DNA of 64,000 nt from an uncultured Candidatus Saccharibacteria bacterium (GCA_964562105.1 CAZLRP010000002.1:19222-83221); one strand, 5' to 3'. Positions 43,111 through 52,455 are shown, counted from the first letter of the stretch. Notes: generated by a model from the sequence alone, not told the origin. Program-made: numbers and translations.

Positions 43111-44970
43111 ATGTGTGGAATTGCCGGGACTGTGAGTCCCGAAATAAAAGAAAAAGATAGTGTTATACGAGAAATGATTTCTCGCATTTTTCATCGTGGA
43201 CCAGATGATGACGGTTTTTTTGTGGACGAGAATATTGCTTTGGGTATGCGCAGATTGTCTATAATAGATATTTCTACCGGTAAACAACCTATATGGTCGC
43301 AAGATAAAAAGAAAGTTATATTTTTTAATGGTGAAATTTATAATTATCTCGAACTCCGTAAAGAATTGATTTCAAAAGGCCATATTTTTGATACACATGG
43401 CGACACAGAAGTTATCTTGCACATGTATGAAGAATATGGAGAAAAAATGCTTACCCAGCTACGAGGTATGTTTGCATTTTGCATATATGACAAAGAAAGC
43501 AAAGCTGTTTTTCTGGCACGAGATTTTTTCGGAATAAAACCGCTTTATTATCTTAAAGATGCCGAAAAAATAGTTGCGTTCTCGTCTGAAATAAAAAGTT
43601 TTTTGTCTTACCCAGGATTCAAAACCGTGGTCAATGATTCAGCTGTCTACAATTATTTATCATTCCAATACAATCCACTTCCCGAAACTTTTTTCAAATC
43701 CGTTTATAAGCTTCCTCCTGCCCACTGCATGAAAATTGACTTAAAAAATGGAAGCGTGGAAATTAAAAAATATTGGTCATACGAAATTAAGCCAGATGAA
43801 AATTTGGAAGAGATTGAGACCACAAAAAAAATCCACGAAACTATACGAGATTCAGTAGAACATCACATGATTGCAGATGTTCCCGTCGGCTCTTTTCTTT
43901 CTGGCGGAATTGACAGTAGTATTATTGCCACGATGATGCAGGAAATCCGTGGAGGCAACCCCAGTCAAATAAAAAGCCAATTTGACGGGGCAAGAAAAAT
44001 TAAAACTTTTACAGTTGGTTTTGATACACTAACAGAAGGCGTAGAATCAAAAGAAACATCAGATTTTCTTGGCACAGATCATACAGAAATAAAAATCGGG
44101 CCTGAAGAATATTTTAATATTCTTCCAAAAGCCGTATATCACTTTGATGAGCCCGTCGCCGATCCTTCCGCTATTGGGCTTTATTTTGTAGCCCGTGAAG
44201 CAAAAAAACATGTCAAAGTTGTACTTTCTGGTGAGGGGGCTGATGAACTTTTCGGCGGATATAATATATATCTTGCACCTTTTGCTTACAAAAAAATATC
44301 TTGGATTCCTAAAAGCTTTTTGAAAATAATTTTAAAAATACCATTTGAATTTTTTGGAAAAAACTATATTCGCCGCGCGAGCGACTTGCTTTCAAACTGG
44401 TATGTAGGCAACGCTTCAATATTTAAAGATTTTGAGCGAGATTTGTTGTGGAAAAAACAAGTTGAACAAAAATATTCCCTTTCGCCATTTTATGAACATG
44501 TAAAAAATTTGAGTGATTCTACGCAAATGCAATATATTGATGTTTCTACTTGGCTCATTGGAGACATCCTGGCAAAAGCTGATAAAATGACAATGGCAAA
44601 TTCATTGGAGCTTCGCGTGCCTTTTTTGGATAAGAAAGTTTCAGATTTGGCCTCCACTTTGCCAGATAAATTTAAATGGCGTAAAGGCGTGACTAAATAC
44701 CTTTTGCGAGAGGCATTTAAGAATGTAATCCCCGAGAGCACCCGCAATAGAAAAAAGCTTGGTTTTCCAACACCAATTCGCGATTGGTTCACCGAAGACA
44801 GACAAGATTTATACCAGAAAATATACGACTGTAAATACATAAGAGAGCATATGAATGTTGAATATATTAAAAAAATTGTGGAAGATCATATAAATAAAAA
44901 AATCGATAACTCCAGAAAAATATATTTACTTTTAATGCTCGCTTTGTGGTTTGAGGTATTTGTTAAATAA
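43111..44970 (+). CDS. asnB: Asparagine synthase (glutamine-hydrolysing)
   Basis: MCGIAG N-terminal nucleophile, SGGIDSS PP-loop. Confidence 0.9.
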   Translation: MCGIAGTVSPEIKEKDSVIREMISRIFHRGPDDDGFFVDENIALGMRRLSIIDISTGKQPIWSQDKKKVIFFNGEIYNYLELRKELISKGHIFDTHGDTEVILHMYEEYGEKMLTQLRGMFAFCIYDKESKAVFLARDFFGIKPLYYLKDAEKIVAFSSEIKSFLSYPGFKTVVNDSAVYNYLSFQYNPLPETFFKSVYKLPPAHCMKIDLKNGSVEIKKYWSYEIKPDENLEEIETTKKIHETIRDSVEHHMIADVPVGSFLSGGIDSSIIATMMQEIRGGNPSQIKSQFDGARKIKTFTVGFDTLTEGVESKETSDFLGTDHTEIKIGPEEYFNILPKAVYHFDEPVADPSAIGLYFVAREAKKHVKVVLSGEGADELFGGYNIYLAPFAYKKISWIPKSFLKIILKIPFEFFGKNYIRRASDLLSNWYVGNASIFKDFERDLLWKKQVEQKYSLSPFYEHVKNLSDSTQMQYIDVSTWLIGDILAKADKMTMANSLELRVPFLDKKVSDLASTLPDKFKWRKGVTKYLLREAFKNVIPESTRNRKKLGFPTPIRDWFTEDRQDLYQKIYDCKYIREHMNVEYIKKIVEDHINKKIDNSRKIYLLLMLALWFEVFVK

Positions 44971-45610
44971 AATGGGAAATCAAAAAGCTTTAAAAAGAGA
45001 GGATGTTAAAAAAGTAAAAATTCTAGAAAACAACGAACCTTTGGTTGAAATTTTTGAAACTGAAAAAATTTCACTTTTATCCGAACACAAATTTTTATAT
45101 CCTTTTTTGAGAAAAACTACTTTGGAAAAATTAATAGAAGCGAGCCGAAATCTGCCAGATCAATATAAATTACTGGTAGTTACAGCGTACAGATCATTTG
45201 AAATGCAAAAAGAACTTCACCGTCAAAGATCTTGGCAGATGGCGAAAAAATATCCTTTTTTGATGATTTTTTGGTATAAAAAATGGCAAAGTTTTGTAAT
45301 GAAATATACAGCTCCTCCTGGCGGTTCCCCACATCAAAGTGGCGGAGCTGTTGATGTTACTTTGATAGATAAAAATGGAAATAGATTAGATATGGGAACA
45401 AGTTTAACTGATTTTGGAGAAAAAGTTCATACAAATTCAAATTTAATTACAAGCGAGCAAAAAACAAATAGAAAAATCCTATGTGAAGCTATGACTAAGG
45501 CAGATTTTACAAACTATCCGTTGGAATGGTGGCATTTCGATTATGGCGACAATATGTGGGCTGCTTATTCAGGCTTAGATAATTGTATGTACGGACCTTT
45601 AAATAAATGA
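44951..45610 (+). CDS. VanX/DdpX-family D-Ala-D-Ala dipeptidase (M15 peptidase)
   Basis: SPHQSGGAVDVTL and EWWHFDY motifs. Confidence 0.7.
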   Translation: MRYLLNKMGNQKALKREDVKKVKILENNEPLVEIFETEKISLLSEHKFLYPFLRKTTLEKLIEASRNLPDQYKLLVVTAYRSFEMQKELHRQRSWQMAKKYPFLMIFWYKKWQSFVMKYTAPPGGSPHQSGGAVDVTLIDKNGNRLDMGTSLTDFGEKVHTNSNLITSEQKTNRKILCEAMTKADFTNYPLEWWHFDYGDNMWAAYSGLDNCMYGPLNK

Positions 45611-45617
45611 TGGTATG

Positions 45618-45849
45618 TTTACCCGTTAAAGTTTTTACTAACGCATTTTTGTCTTTACAAATAAAGTTAAGTAGACTAGATTAAATAAAACATAATTATC
45701 TGAATAGTCTTGCTGTGTTTAAAATGACAAAAATGCAAAAAAGTTAGTTTTGAGTTAAGATATTACTTGTAATATAAATGTTTGATAAATTAAGTAAGTT
45801 AGATATAGTCACTACTAACTTTTTTATTAGTAAAAATTTTTTCGGGTAA
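45618..45849 (+). repeat. Family-C TIR cassette copy (about 232 bp) abutting and overlapping the mraY start codon
   Basis: Left end tttacccgttaaagtttttactaa and right end ttagtaaaaattttttcgggtaaat(g)ATG. Confidence 0.65.
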
Positions 45850-46899
45850 ATGATGATCAACGCTTTAAAAGTCGTAATTCCCTCTGTTTTAACATTCTTT
45901 TTGGGTATTTTAATAACGCCTTTTTTCACCAATTTTTTCTACAAATACAAAATGTGGAAGAAATCTTCACGAACAGAAGCCGGCACTACGGAAGAATTTG
46001 CAAAAGTACATAACACAAAAGGTGAGCTTTCCACTCCCCGAGTCGGTGGAGTAATTATATGGGTATCGGTATTGCTTACAATCGGCATAATATATCTGCT
46101 TTCAATTCTTTTTCCGACAGATCTGACTGAAAAATTAAATTTCCTCAGTCGCAACCAAACACTTGTGCCTCTTGTCGCATTTATATTTGCATCTTTAATT
46201 GGACTCGCAGATGACATGTTGCAAATAATGGGAAAAGGCAGTTATGCAAAAGACAGTTTAATCTACAGAAAAATAAAAATAATCGTTGTAACGCTTATCG
46301 GCTTGATTATCGGTTTTTGGTTTTATAATAAACTTGAAGTAAGTTCTATTTATATGCCTTTTCTTGGAGATATAAATCTTGGCTTGTGGTTTATTCCATT
46401 TTTCATTACAGTTATGTTAGCCACATTTTCAACTAGCGTTATTGATGGAATTGACGGACTTTCAGGAGGGGTGCTAACAAGCGCTTTTACCGCATATGCA
46501 ATTATAGCTTTTGCAAACAATCAGATAGATATAGCTGCTTTTTGTGCCGTCATTGCAGGTGGAACATTAGCCTTCCTTTGGTTTAATATTCCTCCGGCTA
46601 GATTTTATATGGGAGAAACGGGAATACTTGGTCTTACCATTGTACTTTCTGTAATTGCTTTTATGACTGATGCAGTCGTAGTTCTTCCTATCATCGCTTT
46701 ACCTTTGGTTTTGACATCCGCTTCGGTCATTATACAAATGATTTCTTATAAATATTATAAGCGCAGAGTTTTTCGCGTAGCTCCACTGCATCATCACCTT
46801 GAAGCAATCGGCTGGTCAAAAGAAAAAGTTGTGATGCGTTATTGGATAGTCAGTGCTGTTTTTGCAATAATCGGAGTGATTGTAGCTCTCGTAAGCTAA
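45850..46899 (+). CDS. mraY: Phospho-N-acetylmuramoyl-pentapeptide transferase
   Basis: 10-TM protein with LADDMLQ and VAPLHHHLE motifs. Confidence 0.85.
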   Translation: MMINALKVVIPSVLTFFLGILITPFFTNFFYKYKMWKKSSRTEAGTTEEFAKVHNTKGELSTPRVGGVIIWVSVLLTIGIIYLLSILFPTDLTEKLNFLSRNQTLVPLVAFIFASLIGLADDMLQIMGKGSYAKDSLIYRKIKIIVVTLIGLIIGFWFYNKLEVSSIYMPFLGDINLGLWFIPFFITVMLATFSTSVIDGIDGLSGGVLTSAFTAYAIIAFANNQIDIAAFCAVIAGGTLAFLWFNIPPARFYMGETGILGLTIVLSVIAFMTDAVVVLPIIALPLVLTSASVIIQMISYKYYKRRVFRVAPLHHHLEAIGWSKEKVVMRYWIVSAVFAIIGVIVALVS

Positions 46900-46902
46900 T
46901 AA

Positions 46903-47020
46903 TTTAGCTTGTAGCTTTTTAGAACAGTAGCTTCTTAGGAAATTCAAAGAGAGACGCGCTTTGTGCGTCACTTATTGAATTTTCCTAAAAAGCTAAGAAG
47001 CTACGGCCTACAAGCTAGTT
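46903..47020. other. Long imperfect palindrome / compound hairpin between mraY and rpiB
   Basis: Arms of about 50 bp with centre gacgc-gctttgt-gcgtc. Confidence 0.4.
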
Positions 47021-47021
47021 T

Positions 47022-47546
47022 CTACTTAAAATCAAAATTATTTTTAATTTCTCTTGAAATTTTTTCTATTTTCTTGATTCTACGAATATGTCTTTGTCCG
47101 TTTGAAAAATCGGTTTCAAGCCATATTTTAATCGCTTTTTTGGCTTGTCTTAGTTTTAAAAATCTAGCACCCAAAGAAAGAACATTTGAATCGTTATGAA
47201 GTCTCCCCAATTTTATTATTTTCCATTTAGAAAAAAAATGCGGATTCCCATAAAAAACTATTGCGCGAACATGGGGGAATCTATTCGCCACCATTGCCTC
47301 CCCTTGCCCTGAACCTCCAAGAATAATTCCAAGATTATGTTCTGGATTCAAAGCAACTGCTTTTGCAACAATTGAAATATGATCGGGATAATCGTCTCCT
47401 TCTTCATATCTGTAAGCTCCACAATCAATAATTTTATATCCCAGTTTCTCAATAAAAGGAATGAGTTTTTGTTTCAAAGAAAAACCAGCATGATCTGTGC
47501 CTATATATATTTTTGGCTTGTGACTTTTGTAACCAAGATTTTTCAT
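47022..47546 (-). CDS. rpiB: Ribose-5-phosphate isomerase B (RpiB/LacAB family) with C-terminal extension
   Basis: KIYIGTDHAGF...IIDCG. Confidence 0.8.
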   Translation of the reverse strand: MKNLGYKSHKPKIYIGTDHAGFSLKQKLIPFIEKLGYKIIDCGAYRYEEGDDYPDHISIVAKAVALNPEHNLGIILGGSGQGEAMVANRFPHVRAIVFYGNPHFFSKWKIIKLGRLHNDSNVLSLGARFLKLRQAKKAIKIWLETDFSNGQRHIRRIKKIEKISREIKNNFDFK

Positions 47547-47570
47547 AGAAACATTATAACATTATATTAC

Positions 47571-47652
47571 GTCATTGCGAGTGTAACGAAGCAATCCAGG
47601 TTTAATTTAAATTAATTCTGGATTGCCACGTCGCTTCGCTCCTCACAAAGAC
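47571..47652. repeat. Family-B REP-like element copy 3 (divergent ends, conserved core AATCCAGGTTTAATTTAAATTAATTCTGGATTGCC)
   Basis: 25 bp upstream of the rpiB start. Confidence 0.55.
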
Positions 47653-47664
47653 ATACGTATTGAT

Positions 47665-49083
47665 CTATTTCGTTGACAATATTTCCACTAAAACTTTTTT
47701 AATTACTTGGGGATTTGCAGAACCTTTCGTTTCTTTCATTATTTGTCCGACAAAAAACATCAGCGCCGCTTCTTTTCCTGCCTTATAATCAGCCACAACT
47801 TTCGGATTTTCTTTTATCAATTTTTCTGCAATTTCTTTTATTGCGCCTTCATCAGATTTTTGTATCAATCCTTCTTTATTGGCTATTTCTTCTGGATCAC
47901 CTCCCTTTTCATACATAATTTTTAAAATATCTTTTGCACCACGAGAAGATAAAACATTCTTTGCAATCATGCTAATAAGCGTTGAGAAATTACTTGGAGT
48001 TAGTTTACCAAATGTAAATTCGCTTCCAGAGGCTTTTGAAAGTCCTACCAAATCAGACGTAATATAATTTGATACAGTTTTTGCACCCAACGATCCAAAA
48101 TTTTTAATTACTGATTCAAAAAATTCAGATACTTTTATATTATTCGCGTAAAATTCAATGTCTGCATTTGAAAGTCCGAAGTCTTTTTCATACCTTGTTC
48201 TTTTATCCCAAGGCAATTCCGGAAGTTCTTCCTTAAGCTTTTTCAAGTCAAAAACTTCGGAAATCATCATTTTTGGCAAATCCGGGTCTGGAAAATATCT
48301 ATAATCGTGAGAATCTTCTTTTATTCTTTGCGAATATGTTTTTTGTTTGCTTTCGTCCCAACCACGAGTTTCCTGAACAACTTTTTCTCCTTTTTCCAAG
48401 GCATCAATCTGCCTTTGAATTTCATAAGCCAATGCCCTTTCCAGAGTTCTAAAAGAATTCAAATTTTTAATCTCAACTTTTGTTCCAAGCTTGTCGGTAT
48501 CGGAAACGGAAATGTTCGCCTCAACCCTCATTTCCCCTTTTTCCATATTTGCATCTCCTGCTCCCAAGTATTGCAAAAGTAACTGGAGTTCTTTTGCAAA
48601 ATCAGCGGCTTGTTTGCCAGAATGAATTACAGGTTCCGTAACAAGTTCCATAAGCGGAACTCCCGAACGGTTAAAATCTACAAGCGAAAAATCTCCTGCG
48701 TCGTGAGTGGATGAACCTGTATCCTCTTCAAGATGAATTCTTGTTAGCTTTACTCCATTTATGGAACCGCCTAAAACTAAAGGATATTTGTATTGAGAAA
48801 TTTGATAACCTTTTGGAATATCGGGATAAAAATAATTTTTTCTGTCCCATTCCGTAAAATCTGCAATTTTTGAGCCACAAGCCAAACCAACTTTCAAAAC
48901 ATGCTTGATGGCTTCTTTATTTAAAACGGGCAAAGTTCCCGGCTGTGCAGTACAAATGGAACAAATATTTGAATTCGGTTTTTCTTCATCTGGATCATTC
49001 TTGCAAGAACAAAACATCTTTGTTTTTGTTTTGAGTTCCGCGTGGATTTCAAGTCCGATTGTAGCCTTATATTTTTCGTTCAT
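47665..49083 (-). CDS. gatB: Asp-tRNA(Asn)/Glu-tRNA(Gln) amidotransferase subunit B
   Basis: ATIGLEIHAEL...FCSC. Confidence 0.9.
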   Translation of the reverse strand: MNEKYKATIGLEIHAELKTKTKMFCSCKNDPDEEKPNSNICSICTAQPGTLPVLNKEAIKHVLKVGLACGSKIADFTEWDRKNYFYPDIPKGYQISQYKYPLVLGGSINGVKLTRIHLEEDTGSSTHDAGDFSLVDFNRSGVPLMELVTEPVIHSGKQAADFAKELQLLLQYLGAGDANMEKGEMRVEANISVSDTDKLGTKVEIKNLNSFRTLERALAYEIQRQIDALEKGEKVVQETRGWDESKQKTYSQRIKEDSHDYRYFPDPDLPKMMISEVFDLKKLKEELPELPWDKRTRYEKDFGLSNADIEFYANNIKVSEFFESVIKNFGSLGAKTVSNYITSDLVGLSKASGSEFTFGKLTPSNFSTLISMIAKNVLSSRGAKDILKIMYEKGGDPEEIANKEGLIQKSDEGAIKEIAEKLIKENPKVVADYKAGKEAALMFFVGQIMKETKGSANPQVIKKVLVEILSTK

Positions 49084-49094
49084 ATTTGTTTTGT

Positions 49095-49162
49095 GTCATT
49101 CCCGTGTAAACGGGAATCTAGGTTGAATTTTAATAATGGATTCCCGCATTCGCGGGAATGAC
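49095..49162. repeat. Family-B REP-like element copy 4, 11 bp upstream of the gatB start codon
   Basis: gtcattcccgtgtaaacgggaatctaggttgaattttaataatggattcccgcattcgcgggaatgac. Confidence 0.7.
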
Positions 49163-49290
49163 AATACAAAAATACAAATAAATAATAGCATAAAAATTAT
49201 AAAATGAGCTTCATTTTTATCCTTGACAAAAGATTTATAATGAGGTACAATTCACAAGTAGCTAAATTTGTTCTTCAAAAGGAGAAAAAC

Positions 49291-49470
49291 ATGACAGATC
49301 AAATTTTTATAGCAATTTTTGTTCTTGTGAGTGCTTTTTCAGCTGGCAAATTTGTAGAAACACATTCGTCCTTTTGGCTTAGTGTATCAGTGGCTTGGGG
49401 ACTTTGGGTAATTTGTAACAGTATTTTAATAACAGGAAAAAACATTATCAAAGAAATTAAAGAAAAATAA
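49291..49470 (+). CDS. Small two-TM membrane peptide (59 aa)
   Basis: SD AAGGAG 8 nt upstream. Sequence MTDQIFIAIFVLVSAFSAGKF...WLSVSVAWGLWVICNSILITG. Followed by a terminator identical to the one after the next ORF. The ORF track gives a longer 88-aa form. Confidence 0.5.
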   Translation: MTDQIFIAIFVLVSAFSAGKFVETHSSFWLSVSVAWGLWVICNSILITGKNIIKEIKEK

Positions 49471-49488
49471 GTGAAAGAGGATGTAACG

Positions 49489-49522
49489 AGCGGTATCTTT
49501 TATGAGGAGATGCCGCTTTTTT
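49489..49522 (+). terminator. Intrinsic terminator agcggtatc-ttttatgaggag-atgccgct + T6 (identical copy at 50011-50046)
   Basis: 9-bp stem including one G-T pair, followed by a T-run. Confidence 0.65.
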
Positions 49523-49616
49523 AATTACATTTTTATCCATTTTTACAACTTGATAATACAATTATAATAATGTAGAGTTTTGCTAGATAGTTATATTTTA
49601 ACAAAGGAGGTATTTT

Positions 49617-49994
49617 ATGCCTATGATGTATTGTCCAATTTGTGGATATTTTTCATTTAATCCCAAGAAACAGAATCATCCCTTGCTAGGTGAACAACCT
49701 AACGACTGTCATGATCCTTGGAACCATTACACAGAAGAGCAAAGAAAAGAAATTAAAATGTTACCCGTAACTACAGAAAATTTATTTTGTGGTAAGTGCG
49801 ACAAGATATTTTCTGTCGGTTATGTGGAAAAGGTATTTTGTTCATCCGTCGCAGGAATTAAAGAGATAACTTGTCCACATTGTTTCGGGTATCCGCTTGC
49901 GCCAATAACAGAGTCTCATCTAAAAGCTGGTGAAAATGGTGGAGTAGTATTTCTTTCCGGCCTCGCACAAGAAACATTTGGAATTTCTCATTAA
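49617..49994 (+). CDS. Cys-rich zinc-ribbon protein (125 aa)
   Basis: SD AAGGAGG 6 nt upstream. CPICG...CGKCD...CPHC. Confidence 0.5.
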   Translation: MPMMYCPICGYFSFNPKKQNHPLLGEQPNDCHDPWNHYTEEQRKEIKMLPVTTENLFCGKCDKIFSVGYVEKVFCSSVAGIKEITCPHCFGYPLAPITESHLKAGENGGVVFLSGLAQETFGISH

Positions 49995-50010
49995 AAAGCA
50001 CGGGGAGATA

Positions 50011-50046
50011 AGCGGTATCTTTTATGAGGAGATGCCGCTTTTTTTA
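50011..50046 (+). terminator. Intrinsic terminator, exact duplicate of 49489-49522
   Basis: aagcggtatcttttatgaggagatgccgctttttttatt. Confidence 0.65.
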
Positions 50047-50055
50047 TTGTACACT

Positions 50056-50126
50056 GTCATTCCCGCGGAGGCGGGAATCTAGGTTGAATTAAATTAATTC
50101 TGGATTCCCGCCTGCACGGGAATGAC
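50056..50126. repeat. Family-B REP-like element copy 5 (most complete)
   Basis: gtcattcccgcggaggcgggaatctaggttgaattaaattaattctggattcccgcctgcacgggaatgac. Just 3' of the obg stop. Confidence 0.7.
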
Positions 50127-50133
50127 ACACGAT

Positions 50134-51147
50134 TTATTTTATAGCTCTTAGTATTTTAATCAGATTATCTTTCAGCCCTTTTATAGATTGGTCATCCAAA
50201 ACCGTCACAGTCAAAATGTTAGGATTTAACTTTGACATTTTTTTTATCGCTTGAGCTATTTTCTTATCTGCGTAAAGTCCGCGTGAAGTCCGCGTTTTTT
50301 CCGCGTCTTCCAGCAAATCTTTCTTTGTAAGGATTAGAACTTCTTTTTTTTCTGCGAGTTCTTCGCTGTAAACTTTGAGCTCATTTCTGATGACTTTGTA
50401 ATCTTTTACCAAATCTTCGCTATCAAGAGAAAGACAATGAAGCAAAGTTTTTGTCCTTTTTATATGTCTCAGAAATTTATGTCCAAGTCCCTTTCCTTCT
50501 GAAGCGCCTTCTATGAGTCCAGGAATGTCAGCCAAAATATAGCCATGCATATCTCCAAGCGAAGGTTCAAGCGTTGTAAATTGGTAAGCTCCGATTTTTG
50601 ATTTTGAATTGGTAAGGACATTTATCAAACTGGATTTTCCTGCATTTGGAAGCCCGATAAGCCCCGCATCAGCTACAAGTTCAACTTCAATGGAAAAATC
50701 CGCTTCTTCCGCAGATTTTCCGTCAGTTTGGTTTTCCGGAGATCTATTTACGGCATTTTTAAAATATTCGTTTCCAAGACCTCCCTTTCCGCCATTTAGT
50801 ATTTTTATTTTCTCGTCATCAGTAACCAGATTGAATTTTTCTCTTGTTTCAAGATTGGTAACGACAGAACCGATAGGTACATCTATTATCAAATCCGCGC
50901 CATTTTTTCCATGCATGCTTTTTTTCATTCCGTCTTCTCCTTTTTCTGCAATAAATTCTTTTGTATTTTTATATCTTGCAAGCACAGCAATATCGCGAAT
51001 GGCGCGTAAATATACATCGCCACCTTTTCCTCCATTTCCACCTGCAGGACCTGCTCTATCAATTCCCTTCTCGTGCCTCCAACGCACAACTCCGTTTCCT
51101 CCGTACCCGGCAGATATATGTATTTTTAATTCATCTATAAAAGCCAT
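50134..51147 (-). CDS. obg: GTPase Obg
   Basis: Obg fold FIDELKIHISAGYGGNG..., G-domain GLPNAGKSSL. Confidence 0.9.
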   Translation of the reverse strand: MAFIDELKIHISAGYGGNGVVRWRHEKGIDRAGPAGGNGGKGGDVYLRAIRDIAVLARYKNTKEFIAEKGEDGMKKSMHGKNGADLIIDVPIGSVVTNLETREKFNLVTDDEKIKILNGGKGGLGNEYFKNAVNRSPENQTDGKSAEEADFSIEVELVADAGLIGLPNAGKSSLINVLTNSKSKIGAYQFTTLEPSLGDMHGYILADIPGLIEGASEGKGLGHKFLRHIKRTKTLLHCLSLDSEDLVKDYKVIRNELKVYSEELAEKKEVLILTKKDLLEDAEKTRTSRGLYADKKIAQAIKKMSKLNPNILTVTVLDDQSIKGLKDNLIKILRAIK

Positions 51148-51176
51148 AATTAGTTATAAAGTTAAAAGTTATAATG

Positions 51177-51521
51177 TTATAAAGTTTTAATAAAACCAGA
51201 TAATAATCTTGAGATATCCAAGGATAGATCGTTCAATCCTGTATATTCTTTATTATCTATATATTTCAAATCTTTAGCTAATGAAAGCATGGATCTTACT
51301 TCCGCACAAGAACCTTTCGCTATATAAAAAAACTGAATAATTTCTTTATTACTTTTTCTCTCAAATCCTTCGGCGATATTATTCATAATTGAAACCCCAG
51401 CTCTTTGTATTTGATCTTTAAATGAGTAATCTTTAGAAAACTTAAAAATACAATGGACTTGCAAAGTCAAAACTTTCGCTTTTTGCCAAGCTATAATATC
51501 TTCAAATTTCTCTATCTTCAT
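51177..51521 (-). CDS. Four-helix-bundle protein (23S rRNA IVS-protein family)
   Basis: FEDIIAWQKA...QIQRAGVSIMNNIAEGFERKSNKE...IAKGSCAEV. Confidence 0.65.
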   Translation of the reverse strand: MKIEKFEDIIAWQKAKVLTLQVHCIFKFSKDYSFKDQIQRAGVSIMNNIAEGFERKSNKEIIQFFYIAKGSCAEVRSMLSLAKDLKYIDNKEYTGLNDLSLDISRLLSGFIKTL

Positions 51522-51543
51522 TTGTATTTAAACTTTATAACTT

Positions 51544-52455
51544 TCAACTTTGTACTTTATAACTTGCAAGCGCGAGCTTCGCGAGCGCGATTGCTCCCTC
51601 TTTTGACTTTGCCACGGCGACGAATCTGTCATTATGACAAAAAATTGCGCCTGAAACTCCTGTTATTTTTTCCAAATCTCCGTCTCTTTTTCCAGACCAA
51701 CTTTCTGGAAAATATATTCTTCTTTCAAATTTTGCATCAATTTTTACAACAGCTTCAACGCTCCAAGTCTTATTTGGTTTTGGAGATATTACAAAAAGCG
51801 GCTCAGAATAACTAACAACAGTTTTTTTCCATGAATAATTGTCATCTAAAATAATAATTCGCTTATCTTCAGTTTTTTTATATATGTCCCGAACAATTTC
51901 AATAGCAATATAATTATCTTTTGCACGTTTTATTTCTCTTAAAAGCATTTTTTTAACTTCTTTCACAGCAAATAAGAATGATTTTAAATGATCTCCCTTT
52001 TCTCTCCATGTAGGGTTAAGTGCATGCACATAATCAAAAAAAGAATATGGCGATATTTTTTCGAAAATATTTTTATATATTTCTACACCACTATCTTCAG
52101 CATCTACTGGTTGAATTATTTTTTCATCAATTTTATCTGCTATTTCTTGAGAGTCAGCTATTTTTTCTCCATACTCTTTCCATACTAGACCGCTAGTGGC
52201 ATAAGGAATGCCATTTCCCCTTTTTTTATTCCAACCTTCCTCATGATGATCAAACTTATTTGTTTTTGGATTATATTCTCCTCCGACATCCAGAACGAAA
52301 TCCATATCTGATAAAATTTTCTTATTTCTTGTCCTAAAAATTTTTAATGGTTTTTTTAAATATAAAGATAAAATCGCTACAGAAAATACATCGTCCGGGT
52401 GAAACCTTCCGTCATGAACCGCGACTTTTATTTTTTTACTTTTTCGTAATGTCAT
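51544..52455 (-). CDS. MYG1/UPF0160-family metal-dependent hydrolase
   Basis: VAVHDGRFHPDDVFSVAIL resembles the MYG1 GTHxGxFHxDE motif. Confidence 0.6.
   Translation of the reverse strand: MTLRKSKKIKVAVHDGRFHPDDVFSVAILSLYLKKPLKIFRTRNKKILSDMDFVLDVGGEYNPKTNKFDHHEEGWNKKRGNGIPYATSGLVWKEYGEKIADSQEIADKIDEKIIQPVDAEDSGVEIYKNIFEKISPYSFFDYVHALNPTWREKGDHLKSFLFAVKEVKKMLLREIKRAKDNYIAIEIVRDIYKKTEDKRIIILDDNYSWKKTVVSYSEPLFVISPKPNKTWSVEAVVKIDAKFERRIYFPESWSGKRDGDLEKITGVSGAIFCHNDRFVAVAKSKEGAIALAKLALASYKVQS

Noticed and set aside
43069-43302. Minus-strand 77-aa ORF overlapping the asnB start
   Set aside because: Overlaps the family-C repeat and the asnB N-terminal codons. No support.
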